From: Eledone cirrhosa
Lineage: Eukaryota
NCBI GenBank assembly: GCA_964016885.1
Contig: OZ024757.1
Location: 10,478,001 to 10,542,000, forward strand
Reading direction: 5' to 3'
Length of the DNA stretch: 64,000 nt
In this document: positions 12,001-24,000 of the stretch, piece by piece
Layout: each line of letters begins with the position of its first letter
How positions within the stretch are numbered: the first letter of the stretch is position 1
The notes under the pieces: generated by a model
Databases searched by the model: none
What the model was told of the DNA's origin: nothing
Seen by the model: the letters and a program-made list of their open reading frames with translations, nothing else
Program-made: the position numbers and the translations under genes

Positions 12001-15000
12001 AAGTGGGGGTTAATTTAAGTTGGGGTTAAGTTAAGTTGGGGTTGAGTTAAGTTGGGATCGAGGTAAGTTGGGGTTGAGTTAAGTTGGGGTTAAGTTAAGT
12101 TTGGTTTAAGTTAAGTTGGGGTTAAGTTAAGTTGGGGTTAAGTTAAGGTGGGATTAGGTTAAGTTGGGGTTAAGTTAAGTTGGGGTTAAGTTAAGTTGTG
12201 GTTAAGTTAAGTTGGGGTTAAGTTAAGTTGGGGTTAAGTTAAGTTGGGGTTAAGGTAAGTTGGGGTTAAGTTAAGTTGGGGTTAAGTTAAGTTGGGGTTA
12301 AGTTAAGTTGGGGTTAACTTAAGTTGGGGTTAACTTAAGTTGGGGTTAAGTTGGGGTTAACTTAATTTGGGGTTAAGTTGGGGTTAACTTAAGTTGGGGT
12401 TAAGTTAAGTTGGGGTTGATTTAAGTTGGGGTTGACTTAAGTTGGAGTCGAGTTAAGTTGGGGTTGAGTTAAGTTGGGGTTAAGTTAAGTTGGGGTTAAG
12501 TTAAGTTGGAGTTAAGTTAAGTTGGGGTTAAGTTAAGTTGGGGTTAAGTTAAGTCGGACTTAAGTTAAGTTGGGGTTAAGTTAAGTTGGGGGTAAGTTAA
12601 GTTGTGGTTAAGTTAAGTTGGGGTTAAGTTGGGGTTAAGTTAAGTTGGGGTTAAGTTAAGTGGGGTTGAGTTAAGTTGGAGTTAAGTTAAGTTGGGGTTA
12701 ATTTAAGTTGGGGTTAAGTTAAGTCGGGGTAAAGTTAAGTTGGGGTTAAGTTAAGTTGGGGGTAAGTTAATTTGGGGTTAAGTTAAGTTGGGGTTTAGTT
12801 AATTTGGGGTTAAGTCAAGTTGGGGTTAAGTCAAGTTGGGGTTAAGTTAAGTTGGGGTTAAGTTAAGTCGGGGTTAAGTTAAGTTGGGGTTAAGTTAAGT
12901 TGGGGTAAGTTAAGTTGGGGTTAAGTTAAGTTGGGGTTTACTTAAGTTGGGGTTAAGTCAAGTTGGGGTTAAGTCAAGTTGGGGTTAAGTCAAGTTGGGG
13001 TTAAGTTAAGTTGGGGTTAAGTTAAGTTGGGGTTAAATTAAGTTGGGGTTAAGTTAAGTTGGGGTTAAGTTAAGTTGGCGTTAAGTTAAGTTGGGGTTAA
13101 GTTAACTTGGGGTTAAGTTAAGTTGGGGTTAAGTTAAGTTGGGGTTAAGTCAAGTTGGGGTTAAATCAAGTTGGGGTTAACTTAAGTTTGGATTAACTTA
13201 AGTTGGGTTAACTTAAGTTGGGGTTAAGTTGGGGTTAACTTAAGTTGGGGTTAAGTTAAGTTGGGGTTAAGTTAAGTTGGGGTTGAGTTAAGTTGGGGTT
13301 GAGTTAAGTTGGGGTTGAGTTAAGTTGGGGTTGATTTAAGTTGGGGTTGAGTTAAGTTGGGGTCGAGTTAAGTTTGGGTTGAGTTACGTTGGGGTTAAGT
13401 TAAGTTGGGGTTAAGTTAAGTTGGGGTTAAGTTAAGTTTGGTTTAAGTTAAGTTGGGGTTAAGTTAAGTTGGGGTTAAGTTAAGTTGGGATTAGGTTAAG
13501 TTGGGGTTAAGTTAAGTTGGGGTTAAGTTAAGTTGTGGTTAATTTAAGTTGGGGTTAAGTTAAGTTGGGGTTAAGTTAAGTTGGTGTTAAGGTAAGTTGG
13601 GGTTAAGTTAAGTTGGGGTTAAGTTAAGTTGGGGTTAAGTTAAGTTGGGGTTAACTTAAGTTGGGGTTAACTTAAGTTGGGGTTAAGTTGGGGTTAACTT
13701 AAGTTGGGGTTAAGTTGGGGTTAACTTAAGTTGGGGTTAAGTTAAGTTGGGGTTGAGTTAAGTTGGGGTTGATTTAAGTTGGGGTTGAGTTAAGTTGGAG
13801 TCGAGTTAAGTTGGGGTTGAGTTAAGTTGGGGTTAAATTAAGTTGGGGTTAAGTTAAGTTGGAGTTAAGTTAAGTTGGGGTTAAGTTAAGTTGGGGTTAC
13901 GTTAAGTCGGGGTTAAGTTAAGTTGGGGTTAAGTTAAGTTGGGGGTAAGTTAAGTTGGGGTTAAGTTAAGTTGGGGTTTAGTTAAGTTGGGGTTAAGTTA
14001 AGTTGGCGTTAAGTTAAGTTGGGGTTAAGTTAAGTTGGGGTTAAGTTAAGTTGGGGTTAAGTTAAGTGGGGGTTAAGTCAAGTGGGGTTAAATCAAGTTG
14101 GGGTTAACTTAAGTTTGGATTAACTTAAGTTGGGTTAACTTAAGTTGGGGTTAAGTTGAGGTTAAGTTGGGGTTAAGTTAAGTTGGGGTTAAGTTAAGTT
14201 GGGATTAGGTTAAGTTGGGGTTAAGTTAAGTTGGGGTTAAGTTAAGTTGTGGTTAAGTTAAGTTGGGGTTAAGTTAAGTTGGGGTTAAGTTAAGTTGGGG
14301 TTAATGTAAGTTGGGGTTAAGTTAAGTTGAGGTTAAGTTAAGTTGGGGTTAAGTTAAGTTGGGGTTAACTTAAGTTGGGGTTAACTTAAGTTGAGGTTAA
14401 GTTGGGGTTAACTTAAGTTGGGGTTAAGTTGGGGTTAACTTAAGTTGGGGTTAAGTTAAGTTGGGGTTAAGTTAAGTTGGGGTTAAGTTAAGTCGGAGTT
14501 AAGTTAAGTTGGGGTTAAGTTAAGTTGGGGGTAAGTTAAGTTGTGGTTAAGTTAAGTTGGGGTTAAGTTGGGGTTAAGTTAAGTTGGGGTTAAGTTAAGT
14601 TGGGGTTGAGTTAAGTTGGGGTTGAATTAAGTTGGGGTTGAGTTAAGTTGGAGTTAAGTTAAGTTGGGGTTAAGTTAAGTTGGGGTTACGTTAAGTCGGG
14701 GTTAAGTTAAGTTGGGGTTAAGTTAAGTTGGGGGTAAGTTAAGTTGGGGTTAAGTTAAGTTGGGGTTAAGTTAAGTTGGGGTTAAGTTAAGTTGGGGTTA
14801 AGTCAAGTTGGGGTTAAATCAAGTTGGGGTTAACTTAAGTTTGGATTAACTTAAGTTGGGTTAACTTAAGTTGGGGTTAAGTTGGGGTTAAGTTAAGTTG
14901 GGGTTAAGTTAAGTTGGGGTTAAGTTAAGTTGGGGTTGAGTTAAGTTGGGGTTGAGTTAAGTTGGGGTTGAGTTAAGTTGGGGTTGATTTAAGTTGGGGT

Positions 15001-18000
15001 TGAGTTAAGTTGGGGTCGAGTTAAGTTGGGGTCGAGTTAAGTTGGGGTTGAGTTAAGTTGGGGTTAAGTTAAGTTGGGGTTAAGTTAAGTTGGGGTTAAG
15101 TTAAGTTGGGGTTAAGTTAAGTTGGGGTTAAGTAAAGTTGGGGTTGAGTTAATTTGGGGTTGAATTAAGTTGGGGTTAGGTTAAGTTGGGGTTAAGTTAA
15201 GTTTGGTTTAAGTTAAGTTGGGGTTAAGTTAAATTGGGGTTAACTTAAGGTGGGATTAGGTTAAGTTGGGTTAAGTTAAGTTGGGGTTAAGTTAAGTTGT
15301 GGTTAAGTTAAGTTGGGGTTAAGTTAAGTTGGGGTTAAGTTAAGTTGGGGTTAAGGTAAGTTGGGGTTAAGTTAAGTTGGGGTTAAGTTAAGTTGGGGTT
15401 AAGTTAAGTTGGGGTTAACTTAAGTTGGGGTTAACTTAAGTTGGGGTTAAGTTGGGGTTAACTTAAGTTGGGGTTAAGTTGGGGTTAACTTAAGTTGGGG
15501 TTAAGTTAATTTGGGGTTGAGTTAAGTTGGGGTTGATTTAAGTTGGGGTTGAGTTAAGTTGGAGTCGAGTTAAGTTGGGGTTGAGTTAAGTTGGGGTTAA
15601 GTTAAGTTGGGGTTAAGTTAAGTTGGAGTTAAGTTAAGTTGGGGTTAAGTTAAGTTGGGGTTAAGTTAAGTCGGAGTTAAGTTAAGTTGGGGTTAAGTTA
15701 AGTTGGGGTTAATTTAAGTTGGGGTGAAGTTAAGTCGGGGTAAAGTTAAGTTGGGGTTAAGTTAAGTTGGGGGTAAGTTAATTTGGGGTTAAGTTAAGTT
15801 GGAGTTAAGTTAAGTTGGAGTTAAGTTAAGTTGGGGTTAATTTAAGTTGGGGTGAAGTTAAGTCGGGGTAAAGTTAAGTTGGGGTTAAGTTAAGTTGGGG
15901 TTAAGTTAATTTGGGGTTAAGTTAAGTTGGGGTTTAGTTAATTTGGGGTTAAGTCAAGTTGGGGTTAAGTCAAGTTAGGGTTAAGTTAAGTTGGGGTTAA
16001 GTTAAGTCGGGGTTAAGTTAAGTTGGGGTTAAGTTAAGTTGGGGTAAGTTAAGTTGGGGTTAAGTTAAGTTGGGGTTTACTTAAGTTGGGGTTAAGTCAA
16101 GTTTGGGTTATGTCAAGTTGGGGTTAAGTCAAGTTGGGGTTAAGTTAAGTTGGGGTTAAGTTAAGTTGGGGTTAAATTAAGTTGGGGTTAAGTTAAGTTG
16201 GGGTTAAGTTAAGTTGGCGTTAAGTTAAGTTGGGGTTAAGTTAACTTGGGGTTAAGTTAAGTTGGGGTTAAGTTAAGTTGGGGTTAAGTCAAGTTGGGGT
16301 TAAATCAAGTTGGGGTTAACTTAAGTTTGGATTAACTTAAGTTGGGTTAACTTAAGTTGGGGTTAAGTTGGGGTTAACTTAAGTTGGGGTTAAGTTAAGT
16401 TGGGGTTAAGTTAAGTTGGGGTTGAGTTAAGTTGGGGTTGAGTTAAGTTGGGGTTGAGTTAAGTTGGGGTTGATTTAAGTTGGGGTTGAGTTAAGTTGGG
16501 GTCGAGTTAAGTTGGGGTTGAGTTACGTTGGGGTTAAGTTAAGTTGGGGTTAAGTTAAGTTGGGGTTAAGTTAAGTTTGGTTTAAGTTAAGTTGGGGTTA
16601 AGTTAAGTTGGGGTTAAGTTAAGTTGGGATTAGGTTAAGTTGGGGTTAAGTTAAGTTGGGGTTAAGTTAAGTTGTGGTTAATTTAAGTTGGGGTTAAGTT
16701 AAGTTGGGGTTAAGTTAAGTTGGTGTTAAGGTAAGTTGGGGTTAAGTTAAGTTGGGGTTAAGTTAAGTTGGGGTTAAGTTAAGTTGGGGTTAACTTAAGT
16801 TGGGGTTAACTTAAGTTGGGGTTAAGTTGGGGTTAACTTAAGTTGGGGTTAAGTTGGGGTTAACTTAAGTTGGGGTTAAGTTAAGTTGGGGTTGAGTTAA
16901 GTTGGGGTTGATTTAAGTTGGGGTTGAGTTAAGTTGGAGTCGAGTTAAGTTGGGGTTGAGTTAAGTTGGGGTTAAATTAAGTTGGGGTTAAGTTAAGTTG
17001 GAGTTAAGTTAAGTTGGGGTTAAGTTAAGTTGGGGTTACGTTAAGTCGGGGTTAAGTTAAGTTGGGGTTAAGTTAAATTGGGGGTAAGTTAAGTTGGGGT
17101 TAAGTTAAGTTGGGGTTTAGTTAAGTTGGGGTTAAGTTAAGTTGGCGTTAACTTAAGTTGGGGTTAAGTTAAGTTGGGGTTAAGTTAAGTTGGGGTTAAG
17201 TTAAGTGGGGGTTAAGTCAAGTGGGGTTAAATCAAGTTGGGGTTAACTTAAGTTTGGATTAACTTAAGTTGGGTTAACTTAAGTTGGGGTTAAGTTGAGG
17301 TTAAGTTGGTGTTAAGTTAAGTTGGGGTTAAGTTAAGTTGGGATTAGGTTAAGTTGGGGTTAAGTTAAGTTGGGGTTAAGTTAAGTTGGGGTTAAGTTAA
17401 GTTGGGGTTAAGTTAAGTTGGGGTTAAGTTAAGTTGGGGTTAATGTAAGTTGGGGTTAAGTTAAGTTGAGGTTAAGTTAAGTTGGGGTTAAGTTAAGTTG
17501 GGGTTAACTTAAGTTGGGGTTAACTTAAGTTGAGGTTAAGTTGGGGTTAACTTAAGTTGGGGTTAAGTTGGGGTTAACTTAAGTTGGGGTTAAGTTAAGT
17601 TGGGGTTAAGTTAAGTTGGGGTTAAGTTAAGTCGGAGTTAAGTTAAGTTGGGGTTAAGTTAAGTTGGGGGTAAGTTAAGTTGTGGTTAAGTTAAGTTGGG
17701 GTTAAGTTGGGGTTAAGTTAAGTTGGGGTTAAGTTAAGTTGGGGTTGAGTTAAGTTGGGGTTGAATTAAGTTGGGGTTGAGTTAAGTTGGAGTTAAGTTA
17801 AGTTGGGGTTAAGTTAAGTTGGGGTTACGTTAAGTCGGGGTTAAGTTAAGTTGGGGTTAAGTTAAGTTGGGGGTAAGTTAAGTTGGGGTTAAGTTAAGTT
17901 GGGATTTAGTTAAGTTGGGGTTAAGTTAAGATGGGGTTAAGTCAAGTTGGGGTTAAATCAAGTTGGGGTTAACTTAAGTTTGGATTAACTTAAGTTGGGT

Positions 18001-21000
18001 TAACTTAAGTTGGGTTTAAGTTGGGGTTAACTTAAGTTGGGGTTAAGTTAAGTTGGGGTTAAGTTAAGTTGGGGTTGAGTTAAGTTGGGGTTGAGTTAAG
18101 TTGGGGTTGAGTTAAGTTGGGGTTGATTTAAGTTGGGGTTGAGTTAAGTTGGGGTCGAGTTAAGTTGGGGTTGAGTTAAGTTGGGGTTAGGTTAAGTTGG
18201 GGTTAAGTTAAGTTTGGTTTAAGTTAAGTTGGGGTTAAGTTAAGTTGGGGTTAAGTTAAGTTGGGATTAGGTTAAGTTGGGGTTAAGTTAAGTTGGGGTT
18301 AAGTTAAGTTGTGGCTAAGTTAAGTTGGGGTTAAGTTAAGTTGGGGTTAAGTTAAGTTGGGGTTAAGTTAAGTTGGAGTTCAGTTAAGTTGGGGTTAAGT
18401 TAAGTTGAGGCTAAGTTAAGTTGGGGCTGAGTTAATTGGGGTTAAGTTAAGTTGGGGTTAAGTTAAGTTGGGGTTAAGGTAAGTTGGGGTTAAGTTAAGT
18501 TGGGGTTAAGTTAAGTTGGGGTTTAGTTAAGTTGGGGTTAACTTTAGTTGGGGTTAACTTAAGTTGGGGTTAAGTTGGGGTTAACTTAAGTTGGGGTTAA
18601 TTTAAGTTGGGGTTGAGTTAAGTTGGGGTTGATTTAAGTTGGGGTTGAGTTAAGTTGGGGTCGAGTTAAGTTGGGGTTGAGTTAAGTTGGGGTTAAGTTA
18701 AGTTGGCGCTAAGTTAAGTTGGAGTTAAGTTAAGTTGGGGTTAAGTTAAGTTGGGGTTAAGTTAAGTTGGGGGTAAGTTAAGTTGTGGTTAAGTTAATTT
18801 GGGGTTAAGTTAAGTTGGGGTTGAGTTAAGTTGGGGTTGATTAAGTTGGGGTTGAGTTAAGTTGGAGTTAAGTTAAGTTGGGGTTAAGTTAAGTTGGGAT
18901 TAAGTTAAGTCGGGGTAAAGTTAAGTTGGGGTTAAGTTAAGTTGGGGGTAAGTTAAGTTGGGGTTAAGTTAAGTTGGGGTTTAGTTAATTTGGGGTTAAG
19001 TCAAGTTGGGGTTAAGTCAAGTTGGGGTTAAGTTAAGTTGGGGTTAAGTTAAGTTGGGGTTAAGTTAAGTTGGGGTAATTTAAGTTGGGGTTAAGTTAAG
19101 TTGGGGTTTAGTTAAGTTGGGGTTTAGTTAAGTTGGGGTTAAGTCAAGTTGGGGTTAAGTCAAGTTGGGGTTAAGTCAAGTTGGGGTTAAGTTAAGTTGG
19201 GGTTAAGTTAAGTTGGGGTTAAATTAAGTTGGGGTTAAGTTAAGTTGGGGTTAAGTTAAGTTGGCGTTAAGTTAAGTTGGGGTTAAGTTAAGTTGGGGTT
19301 AACTTAAGTTGGGGTTAAGTTAAGTTGGGGTTAAGTCAAGTTGGGGTTAAATCAAGTTGGGGTTAACTTAAGTTTGGATTAACTTAAGTTGGGTTAACTT
19401 AAGTTGGGGTTAAGTTGGGGTTAACTTAAGTTGGGGTTAAGTTAAGTTGGGGTTAAGTTAAGTTGGGGTTGAGTTAAGTTGGGGTTGAGTTAAGTTGGGG
19501 TTGAGTTAAGTTGGGGTTGATTTAAGTTGGGGTTGAGTTAAGTTGGGGTCGAGTTAAGTTGGGGTCGAGTTAAGTTGGGGTTGAGTTAAGTTGGGGTTAA
19601 GTTAAGTTGGGGTTAAGTTAAGTTGGGATTAAGTTAAGTTGGGGTTAAGTTAAGTTGGGGTTAAGTAAAGTTGGGGTTGAGTTAATTTGGGGTTGAATTA
19701 AGTTGGGGTTAAGGTAAGTTGGGGTTAAGTTAAGTTGGGGTTAAGTTAAGTTGGGGTTAAGTTAAGTTGGGGTTAACTTAAGTTGGGGTTAACTTAAGTT
19801 GGGGTTAAGTTGGGGTTAACTTAAGTTGGGGTTAAGTTGGGGTTAAGTTAAGTTGGGGTTAAGTTAAGTTGGGGTTGTGTTAAGTTGGGGTTGATTTAAG
19901 TTGGGGTTGAGTTAAGTTGGAGTCGAGTTAAGTTGGGGTTGAGTTAAGTTGGGGTTAAGTTAAGTTGGGGTTAAGTTAAGTTGGAGTTAAGTTAAGTTGG
20001 GGTTAAGTTAAGTTGGGGTTAAGTTAAGTCGGAGTTAAGTTAAGTTGGGGTTAAGTTAAGTTGGGGGTAAGTTAAGTTGTGGTTAAGTTAAGTTGGGGTT
20101 AAGTTGGGGTTAAGTTAAGTTGGGGTTAAGTTAAGTGGGGTTGAGTTAAGTTGGAGTTAAGTTAAGTTGGGGTTAATTTAAGTTGGGGTGAAGTTAAGTC
20201 GGGGTAAAGTTAAGTTGGGGTTAAGTTAAGTTGGGGGTAAGTTAATTTGGGGTTAAGTTAAGTTGGGGTTTAGTTACTTTGGGGTTAAGTCAAGTTGGGG
20301 TTAAGTCAAGTTGGGGTTAAGTTAAGTTGGGGTTAAGTTAAGTCGGGGTTAAGTTAAGTTGGGGTTAAGTTAAGTTGGGGTAAGTTAAGTTGGGGTTAAG
20401 TTAAGTTGGGGTTTACTTAAGTTGGGGTTAAGTCAAGTTGGGGTTAAGTCAAGTTGGGGTTAATTCAAGTTGGGGTTAAGTTAAGTTGGGGTTAAATTAA
20501 GTTGGGGTTAAGTTAAGTTGGGGTTAAGTTAAGTTGGCGTTAAGTTAAGTTGGGGTTAAGTTAACTTGGGGTTAAGTTAAGTTGGGGTTAAGTTAAGTTG
20601 GGGTTAAGTCAAGTTGGGGTTAAATCAAGTTGGGGTTAACTTAAGTTTGGATTAACTTAAGTTGGGTTAACTTAAGTTGGGGTTAAGTTGGGGTTAACTT
20701 AAGTTGGGGTTAAGTTAAGTTGGGGTTAAGTTAAGTTGGGGTTGAGTTAAGTTGGGGTTGAGTTAAGTTGGGGTTGAGTTAAGTTGGGGTTGATTTAAGT
20801 TGGGGTTGAGTTAAGTTGGGGTCGAGTTAAGTTGGGGTTGAGTTAAGTTGGGGTTAAGTTAAGTTGGGGTTAAGTTAAGTTGGGGTTAAGTTAAGTTTGG
20901 TTTAAGTTAAGTTGGGGTTAAGTTAAGTTGGGGTTAAGTTAAGTTGGGATTAGGTTAAGTTGGGGTTAAGTTAAGTTGGGGTTAAATTAAGTTGTGGTTA

Positions 21001-24000
21001 ATTTAAGTTGGGGTTAAGTTAAGTTGGGGTTAAGTTAAGTTGGTGTTAAGGTAAGTTGGGGTTAAGTTAAGTTGGGGTTAAGTTAAGTTGGGGTTAAGTT
21101 AAGTTGGGGTTAACTTAAGTTGGGGTTAACTTAAGTTGGGGTTAAGTTGGGGTTAACTTAAGTTGGGGTTAAGTTAAGTTGGGGTTGAGTTAAGTTGGGG
21201 TTGATTTAAGTTGGGGTTGAGTTAAGTTGGGGTTAAGTTAAGTTGGGATTAGGTTAAGTTGGGGTTAAGTTAAGTTGGGGTTAAATTAAGTTGTGGTTAA
21301 TTTAAGTTGGGGTTAAGTTAAGTTGGGGTTAAGTTAAGTTGGTGTTAAGGTAAGTTGGGGTTAAGTTAAGTTGGGGTTAAGTTAAGTTGGGGTTAAGTTA
21401 AGTTGGGGTTAACTTAAGTTGGGGTTAACTTAAGTTGGGGTTAAGTTGGGGTTAACTTAAGTTGGGGTTAAGTTAAGTTGGGGTTGAGTTAAGTTGGGGT
21501 TGATTTAAGTTGGGGTTGAGTTAAGTTGGGGTCGAGTTAAGTTGGGGTTGAGTTAAGTTGGGGTTAAGTTAAGTTGGCGCTAAGTTAAGTTGGAGTTAAG
21601 TTAAGTTGGGGTTAAGTTAAGTTGGGGTTAAGTTAAGTTGGGGGTAAGTTAAGTTGTGGTTAAGTTAATTTGGGGTTAAGTTAAGTTGGGGTTGAGTTAA
21701 GTTGGGGTTGATTAAGTTGGGGTTGAGTTAAGTTGGAGTTAAGTTAAGTTGGGGTTAAGTTAAGTTGGGATTAAGTTAAGTCGGGGTAAAGTTAAGTTGG
21801 GGTTAAGTTAAGTTGGGGGTAAGTTAAGTTGGGGTTAAGTTAAGTTGGGGTTTAGTTAATTTGGGGTTAAGTCAAGTTGGGGTTAAGTCAAGTTGGGGTT
21901 AAGTTAAGTTGGGGTTAAGTTAAGTTGGGGTTAAGTTAAGTTGGGGTAATTTAAGTTGGGGTTAAGTTAAGTTGGGGTTTAGTTAAGTTGGGGTTTAGTT
22001 AAGTTGGGGTTAAGTCAAGTTGGGGTTAAGTCAAGTTGGGGTTAAGTCAAGTTGGGGTTAAGTTAAGTTGGGGTTAAGTTAAGTTGGGGTTAAATTAAGT
22101 TGGGGTTAAGTTAAGTTGGGGTTAAGTTAAGTTGGCGTTAAGTTAAGTTGGGGTTAAGTTAAGTTGGGGTTAACTTAAGTTGGGGTTAAGTTAAGTTGGG
22201 GTTAAGTCAAGTTGGGGTTAAATCAAGTTGGGGTTAACTTAAGTTTGGATTAACTTAAGTTGGGTTAACTTAAGTTGGGGTTAAGTTGGGGTTAACTTAA
22301 GTTGGGGTTAAGTTAAGTTGGGGTTAAGTTAAGTTGGGGTTGAGTTAAGTTGGGGTTGAGTTAAGTTGGGGTTGAGTTAAGTTGGGGTTGATTTAAGTTG
22401 GGGTTGAGTTAAGTTGGGGTCGAGTTAAGTTGGGGTCGAGTTAAGTTGGGGTTGAGTTAAGTTGGGGTTAAGTTAAGTTGGGGTTAAGTTAAGTTGGGAT
22501 TAAGTTAAGTTGGGGTTAAGTTAAGTTGGGGTTAAGTAAAGTTGGGGTTGAGTTAATTTGGGGTTGAATTAAGTTGGGGTTAAGGTAAGTTGGGGTTAAG
22601 TTAAGTTGGGGTTAAGTTAAGTTGGGGTTAAGTTAAGTTGGGGTTAACTTAAGTTGGGGTTAACTTAAGTTGGGGTTAAGTTGGGGTTAACTTAAGTTGG
22701 GGTTAAGTTGGGGTTAAGTTAAGTTGGGGTTAAGTTAAGTTGGGGTTGTGTTAAGTTGGGGTTGATTTAAGTTGGGGTTGAGTTAAGTTGGAGTCGAGTT
22801 AAGTTGGGGTTGAGTTAAGTTGGGGTTAAGTTAAGTTGGGGTTAAGTTAAGTTGGAGTTAAGTTAAGTTGGGGTTAAGTTAAGTTGGGGTTAAGTTAAGT
22901 CGGAGTTAAGTTAAGTTGGGGTTAAGTTAAGTTGGGGGTAAGTTAAGTTGTGGTTAAGTTAAGTTGGGGTTAAGTTGGGGTTAAGTTAAGTTGGGGTTAA
23001 GTTAAGTGGGGTTGAGTTAAGTTGGAGTTAAGTTAAGTTGGGGTTAATTTAAGTTGGGGTGAAGTTAAGTCGGGGTAAAGTTAAGTTGGGGTTAAGTTAA
23101 GTTGGGGGTAAGTTAATTTGGGGTTAAGTTAAGTTGGGGTTTAGTTACTTTGGGGTTAAGTCAAGTTGGGGTTAAGTCAAGTTGGGGTTAAGTTAAGTTG
23201 GGGTTAAGTTAAGTCGGGGTTAAGTTAAGTTGGGGTTAAGTTAAGTTGGGGTAAGTTAAGTTGGGGTTAAGTTAAGTTGGGGTTTACTTAAGTTGGGGTT
23301 AAGTCAAGTTGGGGTTAAGTCAAGTTGGGGTTAATTCAAGTTGGGGTTAAGTTAAGTTGGGGTTAAATTAAGTTGGGGTTAAGTTAAGTTGGGGTTAAGT
23401 TAAGTTGGCGTTAAGTTAAGTTGGGGTTAAGTTAACTTGGGGTTAAGTTAAGTTGGGGTTAAGTTAAGTTGGGGTTAAGTCAAGTTGGGGTTAAATCAAG
23501 TTGGGGTTAACTTAAGTTTGGATTAACTTAAGTTGGGTTAACTTAAGTTGGGGTTAAGTTGGGGTTAACTTAAGTTGGGGTTAAGTTAAGTTGGGGTTAA
23601 GTTAAGTTGGGGTTGAGTTAAGTTGGGGTTGAGTTAAGTTGGGGTTGAGTTAAGTTGGGGTTGATTTAAGTTGGGGTTGAGTTAAGTTGGGGTCGAGTTA
23701 AGTTGGGGTTGAGTTAAGTTGGGGTTAAGTTAAGTTGGGGTTAAGTTAAGTTGGGGTTAAGTTAAGTTTGGTTTAAGTTAAGTTGGGGTTAAGTTAAGTT
23801 GGGGTTAAGTTAAGTTGGGATTAGGTTAAGTTGGGGTTAAGTTAAGTTGGGGTTAAATTAAGTTGTGGTTAATTTAAGTTGGGGTTAAGTTAAGTTGGGG
23901 TTAAGTTAAGTTGGTGTTAAGGTAAGTTGGGGTTAAGTTAAGTTGGGGTTAAGTTAAGTTGGGGTTAAGTTAAGTTGGGGTTAACTTAAGTTGGGGTTAA

